This document shows, piece after piece, positions 19,859-28,599 of a DNA stretch of 64,000 nt (position 1 is the first letter of the stretch; the number at the start of each line of letters is the position of its first letter). The notes under the pieces are model-generated. The model saw nothing but the letters and a program-made list of their open reading frames with translations, made no database searches and was not told the origin of the DNA. Origin of the DNA: an uncultured Oscillospiraceae bacterium (lineage in GTDB: Bacteria; Bacillota; Clostridia; Oscillospirales; Ruminococcaceae); the NCBI GenBank assembly GCA_902490585.1, contig CABUEI010000004.1:2361-66360 (forward strand), given 5' to 3'. A program made the position numbers and the translations under genes.

Positions 19859-20791
19859 TTGTTACAAGATGTTGTATCCGTTTCGCTCCCTGTGAATGAA
19901 CGGATGAGAATAAAAAAGAATCATTTTGAACCGTATAACCTTACGGGTAATGAGAAGCGTATCTGTATTGTTACGGGAATACACGGAGATGAGCTTGAGG
20001 GACAGTATGTCTGCTATGAGCTTATCAGAAGACTCAGTGAGAACGGACATCTGCTGAGCGGTATTGTAGATATCTACCCTTCGATGAACCCTCTCGGAAT
20101 GGACTCTATCAAGCGTGAAATGCCTATATTTGATCTTGACATGAATATGATATTCCCGGGGTCTGAAACGGGTGCGGTAGCAGAGCACATTGCCGCCGCT
20201 ATCATGAACGATATCAAAGGCGCAGATATATGTATTGATATTCACGCAAGTAATATTTTTCTGCGTGAAATTCCGCAGGTGCGTATTTCGGAAGAAACCG
20301 CACCTAAGCTTTTGCCTTATGCAAAAATGCTGAATGTCGATTTTATATGGGTACATTCGAGCGTTACTGTTATGGAAGCTACGCTCTCGCACAGCCTTAA
20401 CAAAGCGGGAACACCTACTCTTGTCGCTGAAATGGGTGCAGGTATGCGAATTACAAAATCCTACGGCGATCAGCTTCTTGACGGTATATTCAATCTTATG
20501 TCAAAGATGGGAATATGGACGGGTGAAACGAAAAATGTGTCGCATCCCATAGTGTCTACCGACGGAAACGTGTCGTTTATATACTCGGATACATCTGGGA
20601 TTTTTATGCCTGCGATAAAGCACTGGGCGGGAATATCAAAGGGAGACCATATCGGTGATATCCTGAATTCACTCACAGGCACTGTTGAGCAGGAAATATT
20701 CGCACCGTGCAGCGGTATTGTGTTTACTCTGCGTGAATATCCTGTTGTATATGAAGGTTCATTGCTTGCCAGAATACTTGGAGGGTGCTGA
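19859..20791 (+). CDS. Succinylglutamate desuccinylase/aspartoacylase (AstE/AspA, M14-like) family protein, paralog 1
   Basis: TTG start with GGAGG 8 nt upstream; the ICIVTGIHGDELEG zinc-binding motif of the AstE/AspA family. Confidence 0.7.
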   Translation: MLQDVVSVSLPVNERMRIKKNHFEPYNLTGNEKRICIVTGIHGDELEGQYVCYELIRRLSENGHLLSGIVDIYPSMNPLGMDSIKREMPIFDLDMNMIFPGSETGAVAEHIAAAIMNDIKGADICIDIHASNIFLREIPQVRISEETAPKLLPYAKMLNVDFIWVHSSVTVMEATLSHSLNKAGTPTLVAEMGAGMRITKSYGDQLLDGIFNLMSKMGIWTGETKNVSHPIVSTDGNVSFIYSDTSGIFMPAIKHWAGISKGDHIGDILNSLTGTVEQEIFAPCSGIVFTLREYPVVYEGSLLARILGGC

Positions 20792-20792
20792 G

Positions 20793-21728
20793 ATGAATAA
20801 GGAAAATATAGTTACATTGAAGTCACCCTACCGTGACGATTTTGAGATAAACGGTTACAGATTCGGCAAGGGAGAGAAAACATGCTGTATAGTAGGTGCA
20901 ATGCGTGGTAACGAAGTTCAGCAGTTATATGTCTGCTCGCAGATTATCAGAGCACTTTCGGCAATTGAAAAGAAAGGTGATTTGGCTCACGGTAAGCAGA
21001 TAATTGTAATACCGTCGCTGAATCCGTTTTCAATGAACATACAACGCCGTTTCTGGTCTGTAGATAATACAGACCTTAACAGAATGTTCCCGGGTGATGC
21101 AAACGGAAAAACAACACAGAGAATTGCCGCAGGAATATTCGACTTTATAAAAGAATATCAGTACGGCATACAGTTCACTTCGTTCTATATATCCGGCGAT
21201 TTTATACCTCATGTAAGAATGATGGATACTGAGCATAAGAACATAGGACTTGCAAATCTTTTCGGATTGCCGTACATTCTTCTGAGAAAGCCGAAACCGT
21301 TTGATACCACAACGCTTAATTTCAACTGGCAGAATTCAAATACGAGTGCGTTTTCCGTGTACACAAACGAAACCGAACATATTGATGAGGGATCGGCACA
21401 TATCGCAGTAGGTGCTGTATTGAGATTCTTGTCAAGAATGGGCGTTATAAAATATCAGAGCCACGGCGGATATATGGCTACCACTCTTGAGGAAGAACAC
21501 CTGATGTCCGTACACGCCAAAAGCGGCGGAATATACCGCAGAATAAAACAACCGGGCGATGAAGTAGAGCAGGGTGATATAATGGCTGAGATCCTCGACC
21601 CGTTTGAAGGTACGGTTATCGAAGAAATCAAATCGCCATCCAACGGAATTGTATTCTTCGCACATAAATCTCCGCTTGTCCTTGAGAATTCGGTTGTATA
21701 TAAGATAATCAAAAGGTTGCATATATAA
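20793..21728 (+). CDS. Succinylglutamate desuccinylase/aspartoacylase (AstE/AspA) family protein, paralog 2
   Basis: ATG 20793 with GGAGGG upstream, 1 nt after the paralog-1 stop; CCIVGAMRGNEVQ motif; the C-terminal halves align with paralog 1. Confidence 0.7.
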   Translation: MNKENIVTLKSPYRDDFEINGYRFGKGEKTCCIVGAMRGNEVQQLYVCSQIIRALSAIEKKGDLAHGKQIIVIPSLNPFSMNIQRRFWSVDNTDLNRMFPGDANGKTTQRIAAGIFDFIKEYQYGIQFTSFYISGDFIPHVRMMDTEHKNIGLANLFGLPYILLRKPKPFDTTTLNFNWQNSNTSAFSVYTNETEHIDEGSAHIAVGAVLRFLSRMGVIKYQSHGGYMATTLEEEHLMSVHAKSGGIYRRIKQPGDEVEQGDIMAEILDPFEGTVIEEIKSPSNGIVFFAHKSPLVLENSVVYKIIKRLHI

Positions 21729-21762
21729 CAAAGCCGATTGTGATTATAAAAATATAAAAAGT

Positions 21763-21803
21763 GAGCCATACAGAGCAGATATTCTCTGTATGGCTCTTTT
21801 GTA
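21763..21803 (+). terminator. Rho-independent terminator
   Basis: 13-bp perfect stem gagccatacagag / ctctgtatggctc, 8-nt loop, TTTTGT tail. Confidence 0.75.
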
Positions 21804-22165
21804 TCGGCCGTATACTGTAAAGTTGCCGAATAGAAAGGTTCTCGGCGTAAAGGTAGACTGATGGGAATTTTCTATCGATTTTTGCCGGGCAACCTACGTT
21901 TTATAAACGCTTCTTAAAAACGACCTCATATATATAACGTAGAAATGGTCAAAATCTAACATCGTTTTTGATGTTATTTTTGCTTTTTTGTGATATTTCG
22001 TATATATGCACAAAAATACGATTTTAAACTTTGTTGAATTGTCTATAATAACGATATAAAATATATCAAAAATTCCAATTTAAAACAATTATGTGGTTTG
22101 CCGTGATAAGTCGTTACAGAACACTTTTTCTGATTTTGATAATTTCCGTTCACTCAAATGACAGC

Positions 22166-22196
22166 AAAAGCCGGGTAAAACGCCCGGCTTTTTTCT
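22166..22196. terminator. Bidirectional rho-independent terminator
   Basis: gccggg–taaaacg–cccggc hairpin flanked by an A-run on the 5' side and a T-run on the 3' side. It can terminate the minus-strand zinc-ribbon operon and any plus-strand transcript from the 22034-22062 promoter. Confidence 0.7.
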
Positions 22197-22244
22197 GTAT
22201 TGATTTAGTAGGTTTTTTGAATCCTGAAATTTCGCTTTAAGCTA

Positions 22245-22958
22245 TCAGTTATTGTTGGGGTTTGCGGAACCGCAATTTGAACAGAATTTCTGTCCTGCTG
22301 TATTTCTGTTACCGCAAGCGCAGTACCAGTCGCCGTTAGCCTGAGGTATAGGTTGAACATTGTTCTGAGTTGCCTGACCGTAGGCGTTCTGTACAGGAGC
22401 CTGACCGTAAGAATTCTGTACGGGTGTTTGACCGTAAGTGTTCTGCATGGGTGCCTGACTGTAGTTGTTCTGAGCGGCAGATTGATTATATGTCTGCTGA
22501 TAGGGCTGAGGCTGACCGTAGGGGTTAGACATTGCGGCAATACGCTTGTTCTCGGCGTCTGCATTTGCGTTGGCAGTCCATACTTTATCAGCAAGTGCCT
22601 TGTATCCGAGAATGTTTGCGAAAACGCCGAAAGCCGTAATAATAACATCAATTATTCCGACTACCCACATAACAGTTGTCATGATTGATATCGTTGTGTT
22701 TAAAAGCTCATCTGGGCTTATATATGTTGAATCAAAATCCGAACTGCTTATAGAATCCTCTATAATGCTTTTTAATCCGTCAGAGCTTAATATTCCTGCA
22801 CCAAGGAATAAACCGATAAGATTGAAAAGTAAAAAGGCTGTAAATACCGTTAACAGTATATTGAGTATCATTATCGCTTTTCTCTTTCCTGAAGTCTGAA
22901 CTTTTTTGTATCCGAAATACAGAACGAGTACCGGAATACCGAAACCTAAAACTAACAT
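22245..22958 (-). CDS. Membrane protein with a Q/N/Y-rich repeat linker and a C-terminal zinc ribbon (paralog 3 of 3)
   Basis: 237 aa. N-terminal TM helices, an imperfect 9-aa repeat (YGQxPVQNx) and a C-terminal WYCACGNRN…FCSNCG motif; GAGAGG ribosome-binding site. Confidence 0.7.
   Translation of the reverse strand: MLVLGFGIPVLVLYFGYKKVQTSGKRKAIMILNILLTVFTAFLLFNLIGLFLGAGILSSDGLKSIIEDSISSSDFDSTYISPDELLNTTISIMTTVMWVVGIIDVIITAFGVFANILGYKALADKVWTANANADAENKRIAAMSNPYGQPQPYQQTYNQSAAQNNYSQAPMQNTYGQTPVQNSYGQAPVQNAYGQATQNNVQPIPQANGDWYCACGNRNTAGQKFCSNCGSANPNNN
22340..22530 (-). repeat. Imperfect ~27-nt in-frame tandem repeats encoding the Q/N/Y-rich segment
   Basis: Repeated ctgaccgtaRgNgttctgtacRgg units on the plus strand; this repeat also explains the spurious overlapping ORFs in other frames. 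Confidence 0.6.
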
Positions 22959-22984
22959 TTTAGTTCCTCTCTTTCAATAAATCT

Positions 22985-23485
22985 TTATTTTTTAAGGCTG
23001 CCGCAGTAAACACAGAACTTGTTTTCGGGTTCGTTGTATTTTCCGCAACTGCCGCATTGCCATGGCGTTGATGTTTCCGCAGTTGTAAAGTGCATCTGTT
23101 CATCACCTGAGCGATTCACATAGGTATTTCTTACAACCTGTGTGTTTCTCGTATGCTGTTCTTTCAGCGCCGATTGTGTAAGTTCATCGTTAATTACAGC
23201 TTTATATCCTAAGACACAGGCGATTATTCCCAACACAACTATAGCTCCGTAATACAGTGCTACCGCACCGTAGGTAAACGAAGTGAAGAAGTAAACAGTT
23301 CCCGATGAGTGTACAAAATCATAATACGCAGAAGAAATTCCGATAAGCACAATAATCTTTAACGAAATAAGTACGGTAAGTATTATGGTCATTACTTTTA
23401 TTGCGGTACGCTTGCTCAGTGTCGGATAGCCTTTATATGAACTCCACACGATAAGAACCGCAATGGCAAGTCCTATACTTAGCAT
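22985..23485 (-). CDS. Membrane protein with a C-terminal zinc ribbon (paralog 2 of 3)
   Basis: 166 aa; TM helices; LGYKAVINDELTQ linker; C-terminal WQCGSCGKYN…FCVYCG motif; AGGAGG ribosome-binding site. Confidence 0.7.
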   Translation of the reverse strand: MLSIGLAIAVLIVWSSYKGYPTLSKRTAIKVMTIILTVLISLKIIVLIGISSAYYDFVHSSGTVYFFTSFTYGAVALYYGAIVVLGIIACVLGYKAVINDELTQSALKEQHTRNTQVVRNTYVNRSGDEQMHFTTAETSTPWQCGSCGKYNEPENKFCVYCGSLKK

Positions 23486-23494
23486 ATTTCCTCC

Positions 23495-24160
23495 TTACTT
23501 GTTTTCGGGTGTATTCACGGGAGCATCGTTATTTAAAACAGCTTTCTTTGCTCCGCACTGTGCACAGAAACCTCCGCCCATATCCTTGTTTACAGTTCCG
23601 CATACCGTGCACTGCCATGTGCTGTACTGAGGCTGAGGTTCGGCGGGACGGGGTACAGGATTGTTATTTTTGTACTGTTGCTGTAAAGCCTGTGCTTTTG
23701 CATACGCTTTCTGAGAAAGTTCCTTGTCTGCAACGGTAGAATATCCGACTACGCACATGATAATTCCTGCAACGATCGTAGCAATCAGAACTATAAAATA
23801 TGACAAGTATATTGCATATTCGCTTGTTCCGGGCGTAAATGCCGAGAAATTGTAACCTGTGAAGTAATCGTAAGGATTGAAGAGTAATCCCCAGAGGTCC
23901 ACTTTAAACAGCAATAACAGCGAGTCAAAGATCGTAAGTAAAATTGTTATGGTTGTAAGTGCTCTTTTCTTTCCGACTGTAGGTGATTTTCTGTACTTTA
24001 TCGCTAATATAAGAATAGTAACAATAAATACTACAATAGCCAGATAGAAAATAAAACCGTCAAAAAGATTTGACAAAAGTTTGTCTGTTGATGTGCGGTA
24101 GCCGTCATAGTCGTTCAGATACTGTGAAAGCCCGTTTGATAATGCGAGTAATTTAGCCAT
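23495..24160 (-). CDS. Membrane protein with a C-terminal zinc ribbon (paralog 1 of 3)
   Basis: 221 aa; TM helices; VGYSTVADKELSQ linker; C-terminal WQCTVCGTVN…FCAQCG motif; AGGAGG ribosome-binding site. Confidence 0.7.
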   Translation of the reverse strand: MAKLLALSNGLSQYLNDYDGYRTSTDKLLSNLFDGFIFYLAIVVFIVTILILAIKYRKSPTVGKKRALTTITILLTIFDSLLLLFKVDLWGLLFNPYDYFTGYNFSAFTPGTSEYAIYLSYFIVLIATIVAGIIMCVVGYSTVADKELSQKAYAKAQALQQQYKNNNPVPRPAEPQPQYSTWQCTVCGTVNKDMGGGFCAQCGAKKAVLNNDAPVNTPENK

Positions 24161-24217
24161 ATTGGTTCCTCCTTAAATAGTCAAAAGCTAATATCTGTAA
24201 AAGCTTTCTTGGTTGTG

Positions 24218-24246
24218 ATTTTATCACATTATGCACGCTTTGTCAA
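24218..24246 (-). promoter_or_regulatory. Sigma-A promoter for the zinc-ribbon membrane-protein operon
   Basis: On the minus strand: TTGACA, 17-nt spacer, TAAAAT. Confidence 0.55.
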
Positions 24247-24261
24247 TCAAAGTAAAAAATA

Positions 24262-24290
24262 TTGACATTCCGTCCGTGCGGATATATAAT
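24262..24290 (+). promoter_or_regulatory. Consensus sigma-A promoter for galE
   Basis: TTGACA (24262-24267), 17-nt spacer, TATAAT (24285-24290). Confidence 0.6.
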
Positions 24291-24372
24291 ATAAATCAGT
24301 GAAATCGGTATCATGTTATCGTAAAAACCGTTTCACATACAGCGTATGATGTGCTGTGGAAAGGAACATATT

Positions 24373-25371
24373 ATGGCAGTATTAGTAACAGGCGGAGCAG
24401 GCTACATCGGCTCACATACCTGCGTGGAACTTCTTAACGCAGGCGAGGATATAATTGTAATAGACAACTTCTACAACTCAAAGCCCAAGGCTATTGAGGC
24501 TATCAAGGAAATCACAGGCAGAGATTTCAGATTTTATGAGAACGACTGCTGTGACAGGGAAGCACTCGACAGAATTTTCAGAGAGAACTTCATCACAGAA
24601 GTTATCCATTTTGCAGGCTATAAGGCAGTAGGCGAAAGCTGTGTAAAGCCTATCATGTACTATGAGAACAATATCAACTCAACTCTTGCGCTTATAGAAA
24701 CAATGCAGAAGTATGGTTGCAAGAAGCTTGTATTCAGCTCAAGCGCAACAGTTTACGGTATTCCTTCAAAGGTTCCCGTAACCGAAGATTTCCCCCTCAG
24801 TGCAATCAACCCCTACGGTTCTACAAAGCTGATGATTGAGAATATGTGCAGAGAACTGTACACATCCGACAACCAGTGGAGCATTATCCTTTTACGTTAC
24901 TTCAATCCTATCGGTGCTCATGAGAGCGGTAAACTCGGCGAAGATCCCAACGGTATTCCGAATAACCTCATGCCTCTTATTCTTCGTACAGCCGCAGGCA
25001 AGATGGCTACACTCAGTGTATTCGGCAATGATTATCCCACTCCCGACGGCACATGTGTAAGAGACTATATCCATGTAGTAGATCTTGCACTCGGTCACGT
25101 TGCCGCAATAAAGGCTGCAAGAGCTCACACAGGTTGCCCTGCGTATAACCTTGGTACAGGCAAGGGCTACTCGGTACTTGATATAATCAACGCATTCGAA
25201 AAGGTCAACAAGGTCAAGGTTCCTTATGTAATAACAGGCAGACGTCCCGGTGATGCCGCCGCTTGCTATTCCAACCCCGCACTTGCAAAGAAAAAACTCG
25301 GTTGGACTGCCAAGAGAGATCTTGAACAGATGTGCCGTGACAGCTGGAACTATATAAAGGCAAATTCCTGA
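24373..25371 (+). CDS. galE: UDP-glucose 4-epimerase
   Basis: MAVLVTGGAGYIGSH Rossmann N-terminus and the SDR YxxxK; ATG 24373 is preferred over the ORF track's 24346. Confidence 0.9.
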   Translation: MAVLVTGGAGYIGSHTCVELLNAGEDIIVIDNFYNSKPKAIEAIKEITGRDFRFYENDCCDREALDRIFRENFITEVIHFAGYKAVGESCVKPIMYYENNINSTLALIETMQKYGCKKLVFSSSATVYGIPSKVPVTEDFPLSAINPYGSTKLMIENMCRELYTSDNQWSIILLRYFNPIGAHESGKLGEDPNGIPNNLMPLILRTAAGKMATLSVFGNDYPTPDGTCVRDYIHVVDLALGHVAAIKAARAHTGCPAYNLGTGKGYSVLDIINAFEKVNKVKVPYVITGRRPGDAAACYSNPALAKKKLGWTAKRDLEQMCRDSWNYIKANS

Positions 25372-25393
25372 TAATAACGAACGGAAATAAGCA

Positions 25394-25435
25394 AAAGCCG
25401 CTCGGCGCATAGGCTGTGCCGTGCGGCTTTTTTAT
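25394..25435 (+). terminator. Rho-independent terminator after galE
   Basis: aaagccgc…gcggcttt stem followed by TTTTTT. Confidence 0.65.
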
Positions 25436-25449
25436 AAAACGGAGATAAT

Positions 25450-25956
25450 ATGAGATTTACATTCTGTCCCGATTGCGCAAGCAAGCTTGTAAGCCGCATA
25501 ATCGGAGATGACGGTAACGTGCCGTATTGTGAGCATTGTAACCGTCCGTGGTTTGATATGTTTTACAATTGCGTTATAGTACTTGCCTGTCATAACGGTA
25601 AATATGCACTTATCCGTCAGCACAGCGGTGACGGTACGATAAGCGAGGACAGATATGTCTGTGTATCTGGTTATATAAAGACGGGAGAAACGGCAGAGCA
25701 GGCGGCAGTGCGTGAAGTTACCGAAGAACTCGGAATAAAACCCGATGCCGTGCATTTCATTTCAACTTATGTTTATGAAAAGAAGCAGATGCTTATGACA
25801 GGGTTTCTTGCCGAGCTTTCCGACGGAGATTTCTCGATTTCAGATGAATTGATAGTGGCAAAGTGGTTTGATGAAGATGAAGTCGGATTAAAACTTGCGG
25901 ACAGTTCTGTCGCAAAACTCTTATTCAATGATATAAAGGAGAAAAAACATGGATAA
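25450..25956 (+). CDS. NUDIX hydrolase with an N-terminal zinc ribbon (NudC-like)
   Basis: CPDC…CEHC zinc ribbon; Nudix box GYIKTGETAEQAAVREVTEELGI. Confidence 0.75.
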   Translation: MRFTFCPDCASKLVSRIIGDDGNVPYCEHCNRPWFDMFYNCVIVLACHNGKYALIRQHSGDGTISEDRYVCVSGYIKTGETAEQAAVREVTEELGIKPDAVHFISTYVYEKKQMLMTGFLAELSDGDFSISDELIVAKWFDEDEVGLKLADSSVAKLLFNDIKEKKHG

Positions 25957-26386
25957 AGATCTACTGCCTATAGAGCCTTATGAGCGTACTGCTCACTATT
26001 ATGAAACAGACAGAATGGGTATAATACATCATTCTAATTATATAAGGTGGTTTGAGGAAACAAGAATACACTATCTTGATAAGGCAGGCTATCCCTATTC
26101 CGAAATGGAAAAGGACGGAGTTATGATACCTGTACTTTCTGCTGAATGTACTTATAAAAATGCTGTACGCTTTGATGAAACGGTTTTGATTTATCTTAAA
26201 ATCACTGAGTTCAACGGCTTTAAAATGACTATAGATTATGTAGTGAAAGGTAAGGAGAACGGTGACTTAAAAGCTACCGGCAGAACCCGTCACTTCTTTG
26301 TAAATAACGATTTTAAGCCGGTAAGAGTTAAGGACAAGTTCCCGAGAGTATATGAAGTGTTTAACAGTCGCAAGGAGGAAGAATGA
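25949..26386 (+). CDS. Acyl-CoA thioesterase (YbgC/4HBT hotdog fold)
   Basis: 145 aa. The hotdog thioesterase N-terminal motif (…YYETDRMGIIHHSNYIRWFE…). Overlaps the upstream gene by 8 nt. Confidence 0.75.
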   Translation: MDKDLLPIEPYERTAHYYETDRMGIIHHSNYIRWFEETRIHYLDKAGYPYSEMEKDGVMIPVLSAECTYKNAVRFDETVLIYLKITEFNGFKMTIDYVVKGKENGDLKATGRTRHFFVNNDFKPVRVKDKFPRVYEVFNSRKEEE

Positions 26387-28500
26387 AAAGAATTAATATA
26401 AATGAGAACGGTATCAACATGGTATTTGATATCGAGGATAACAATCAGATAAAGCTTATGCACTTTTCGGCTCTTCCGTTCAACGAAAACGATATATGGG
26501 ACGAGATGTTTGAAAAGGATCATGTAGGTTGCTTCGACATTGCACAGGTTGAAATTGCAGGACTTGACCGTCCTTGTGAGCGTCACGGAACAAAATACAT
26601 TGTAACTGCTCCCGGTTACAGACTTAAATACAAGGATTTTTCCGATACTCGTGACAATATCGGCAGACTTATAAAGATAACACAGTTTGACGAACCGACA
26701 GGTATTGAGGTCATCTGCACATTCCGTTTCTATGACGGTATCAGCATAGTGCGTACATATACAGAAGTAAAGAACACTTCATCAACAGAAACCTACACGC
26801 TTACCTATGTTTCATCGTTCAACTATCTTGGCCTTGAAAAAGAGGGCATTCTCCCCCGTGACGAAAAGTTCATAATAAAGATACCGCATAATTCGTGGCA
26901 GAAAGAAATGTTGTGGCAGGACTATACCTTTGAACAGCTCGGTATGCCGCAGTCACAGAAGGATGGCTGGGAACATTGCGGTAAGGCGATAAACATTACC
27001 AATACAGGCAACTGGTCAACAAACGAATATCTGCCTATGGGCTATATTCAGAATACTGAAACAGGAAACGGGCTTTTCTGGCAGATTGAGCATAACGGCT
27101 CATGGCACTGGGAGATAAGCGATCAGCGAGGACACTTCTACCTTGCACTCAGCGGACCGAATGAACAGCAGTCGCACTGGTTCAAGAATCTTGCTCCCGG
27201 TGAGAGTTTTACATCGGTACCCGTAGCAGTGGGAGTATGCGGTGATTTTGACGAGGGTATGGGCGAACTTACAAGATATCGCCGTGCAATCCGCAGAAAA
27301 AATACCGATAACGAAAAACTTGCCGTTATCTTCAACGATTATATGAACTGTCTTTGGGGCGATCCTACCGAAGAAAAGGAAATGCCTCTTATAAAAGCCG
27401 CCGCTGAAGCGGGATGTGAATACTACTGCATCGACTGTGGCTGGTATGCTGACGGGTTCTGGTGGGACAGTGTAGGCGAGTGGCAGGAGAACCGCCGCCG
27501 TTTCCCTAACGGACTTAAAAAAGTAACCGATGAGATAAGAAAATACGGCATGATACCGGGCGTATGGCTTGAAATAGAAGTTATGGGTATAAACTGCGAA
27601 ATGGCAAAGAAAGTGCCTGACGAGTGGTTCTTTATGCGTCACGGAAAGCGTGTATATGACCGTTCACGTTATCAGCTGGATTTCTCTAATCCAGAGGTCA
27701 GTGCTTATGCCGACAGCGTCATTGACCGTCTTGTAAAAGATTACGGTGTAGGCTATATTAAAATGGACTACAATATAGAGCCGGGTATAGGAACAGAAGT
27801 AGGCTGTGACAGCGTTGGTGAGGGACTTATGCGTCACGAAAAGGCATATCTTGCGTGGCTTGACGGTGTATTTGCACGTTATCCCGAGCTGATTATAGAA
27901 AACTGCTCAAGCGGCGGCATGAGAATAGACTATGCTATGCTCAGCCGTTATTCGATCCAGTCAACGAGCGACCAGGACGATTACAGAAGATATGCTACAA
28001 TAGCGGCAAATGCACCGACAGGTCTTTGTCCCGAGCAGAGCGCAATATGGTCTTATCCGCTGACAGACGGCGACAGGGAAGAAGTCGTATTCAATATGGT
28101 GAATGCCATGACACAGCGTATTCACCAGAGCGGACACCTTGCAAATCTGAGCCCCGAGCGTATGGCTCTTGTAAAGGAAGCCCTTGATTGCTATAAGTCT
28201 ATCCGCAGTGACATAAAAAATTCCGTGCCGTTCTGGCCTTTAGGCTTATCACATATCGGTGACGAATGGGTTACACTCGGACTTAAATCGGGTAATAAGG
28301 CATACATTGCCGTATGGCGCAGACAGGGAAATAAAGAGTGTTGTAATATCCCGATAAGATACGCTACCGAAAATACAAAAGTTCGTTGCATCTATCCGTC
28401 GTATGACGAGGGACAGCATACATTCAATCCGTTGTCAAAGTCGCTCACCGTAAGACTTCCAGGTTGTTTTACAGCAAGACTTTTTGAAATAGAACTGTAA
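26383..28500 (+). CDS. Alpha-galactosidase, GH36 family
   Basis: 705 aa; GH36 catalytic-region motifs (CIDCGWYAD, YIKMDYN); ATGA overlap with the upstream stop; no signal peptide. Confidence 0.75.
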   Translation: MKRININENGINMVFDIEDNNQIKLMHFSALPFNENDIWDEMFEKDHVGCFDIAQVEIAGLDRPCERHGTKYIVTAPGYRLKYKDFSDTRDNIGRLIKITQFDEPTGIEVICTFRFYDGISIVRTYTEVKNTSSTETYTLTYVSSFNYLGLEKEGILPRDEKFIIKIPHNSWQKEMLWQDYTFEQLGMPQSQKDGWEHCGKAINITNTGNWSTNEYLPMGYIQNTETGNGLFWQIEHNGSWHWEISDQRGHFYLALSGPNEQQSHWFKNLAPGESFTSVPVAVGVCGDFDEGMGELTRYRRAIRRKNTDNEKLAVIFNDYMNCLWGDPTEEKEMPLIKAAAEAGCEYYCIDCGWYADGFWWDSVGEWQENRRRFPNGLKKVTDEIRKYGMIPGVWLEIEVMGINCEMAKKVPDEWFFMRHGKRVYDRSRYQLDFSNPEVSAYADSVIDRLVKDYGVGYIKMDYNIEPGIGTEVGCDSVGEGLMRHEKAYLAWLDGVFARYPELIIENCSSGGMRIDYAMLSRYSIQSTSDQDDYRRYATIAANAPTGLCPEQSAIWSYPLTDGDREEVVFNMVNAMTQRIHQSGHLANLSPERMALVKEALDCYKSIRSDIKNSVPFWPLGLSHIGDEWVTLGLKSGNKAYIAVWRRQGNKECCNIPIRYATENTKVRCIYPSYDEGQHTFNPLSKSLTVRLPGCFTARLFEIEL

Positions 28501-28515
28501 TAAAAAGGTTAAGTG

Positions 28516-28544
28516 TTGACTTTTATACTTTAGTGTGGTAAAAT
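28516..28544 (+). promoter_or_regulatory. Sigma-A promoter with an extended -10 element
   Basis: TTGACT, 17-nt spacer, TGgTAAAAT. Confidence 0.55.
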
Positions 28545-28599
28545 AGTGTTATTATCATAGGGGTAATATGCCCCATGGCTTTTGAGAAAGGGAAACACA

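Noticed and set aside
22340-22530. Possible CRISPR array (regular short repeats)
   Set aside because: The repeats are imperfect, contiguous without spacers, in-frame within a coding sequence, and encode a Q/N-rich peptide. There are no cas genes in the window.
22205-22899. ORFs 22205..22651(-), 22353..22688(+) and 22546..22899(+) overlapping the third zinc-ribbon gene
   Set aside because: These are alternative-frame artefacts of the in-frame 27-nt tandem repeats and GC-rich codons. The frame with TM helices, a ribosome-binding site and a zinc ribbon (22245..22958) is the coherent one.
24892-25410. 172-aa minus-strand ORF inside galE
   Set aside because: It is a shadow ORF opposite a well-supported galE.
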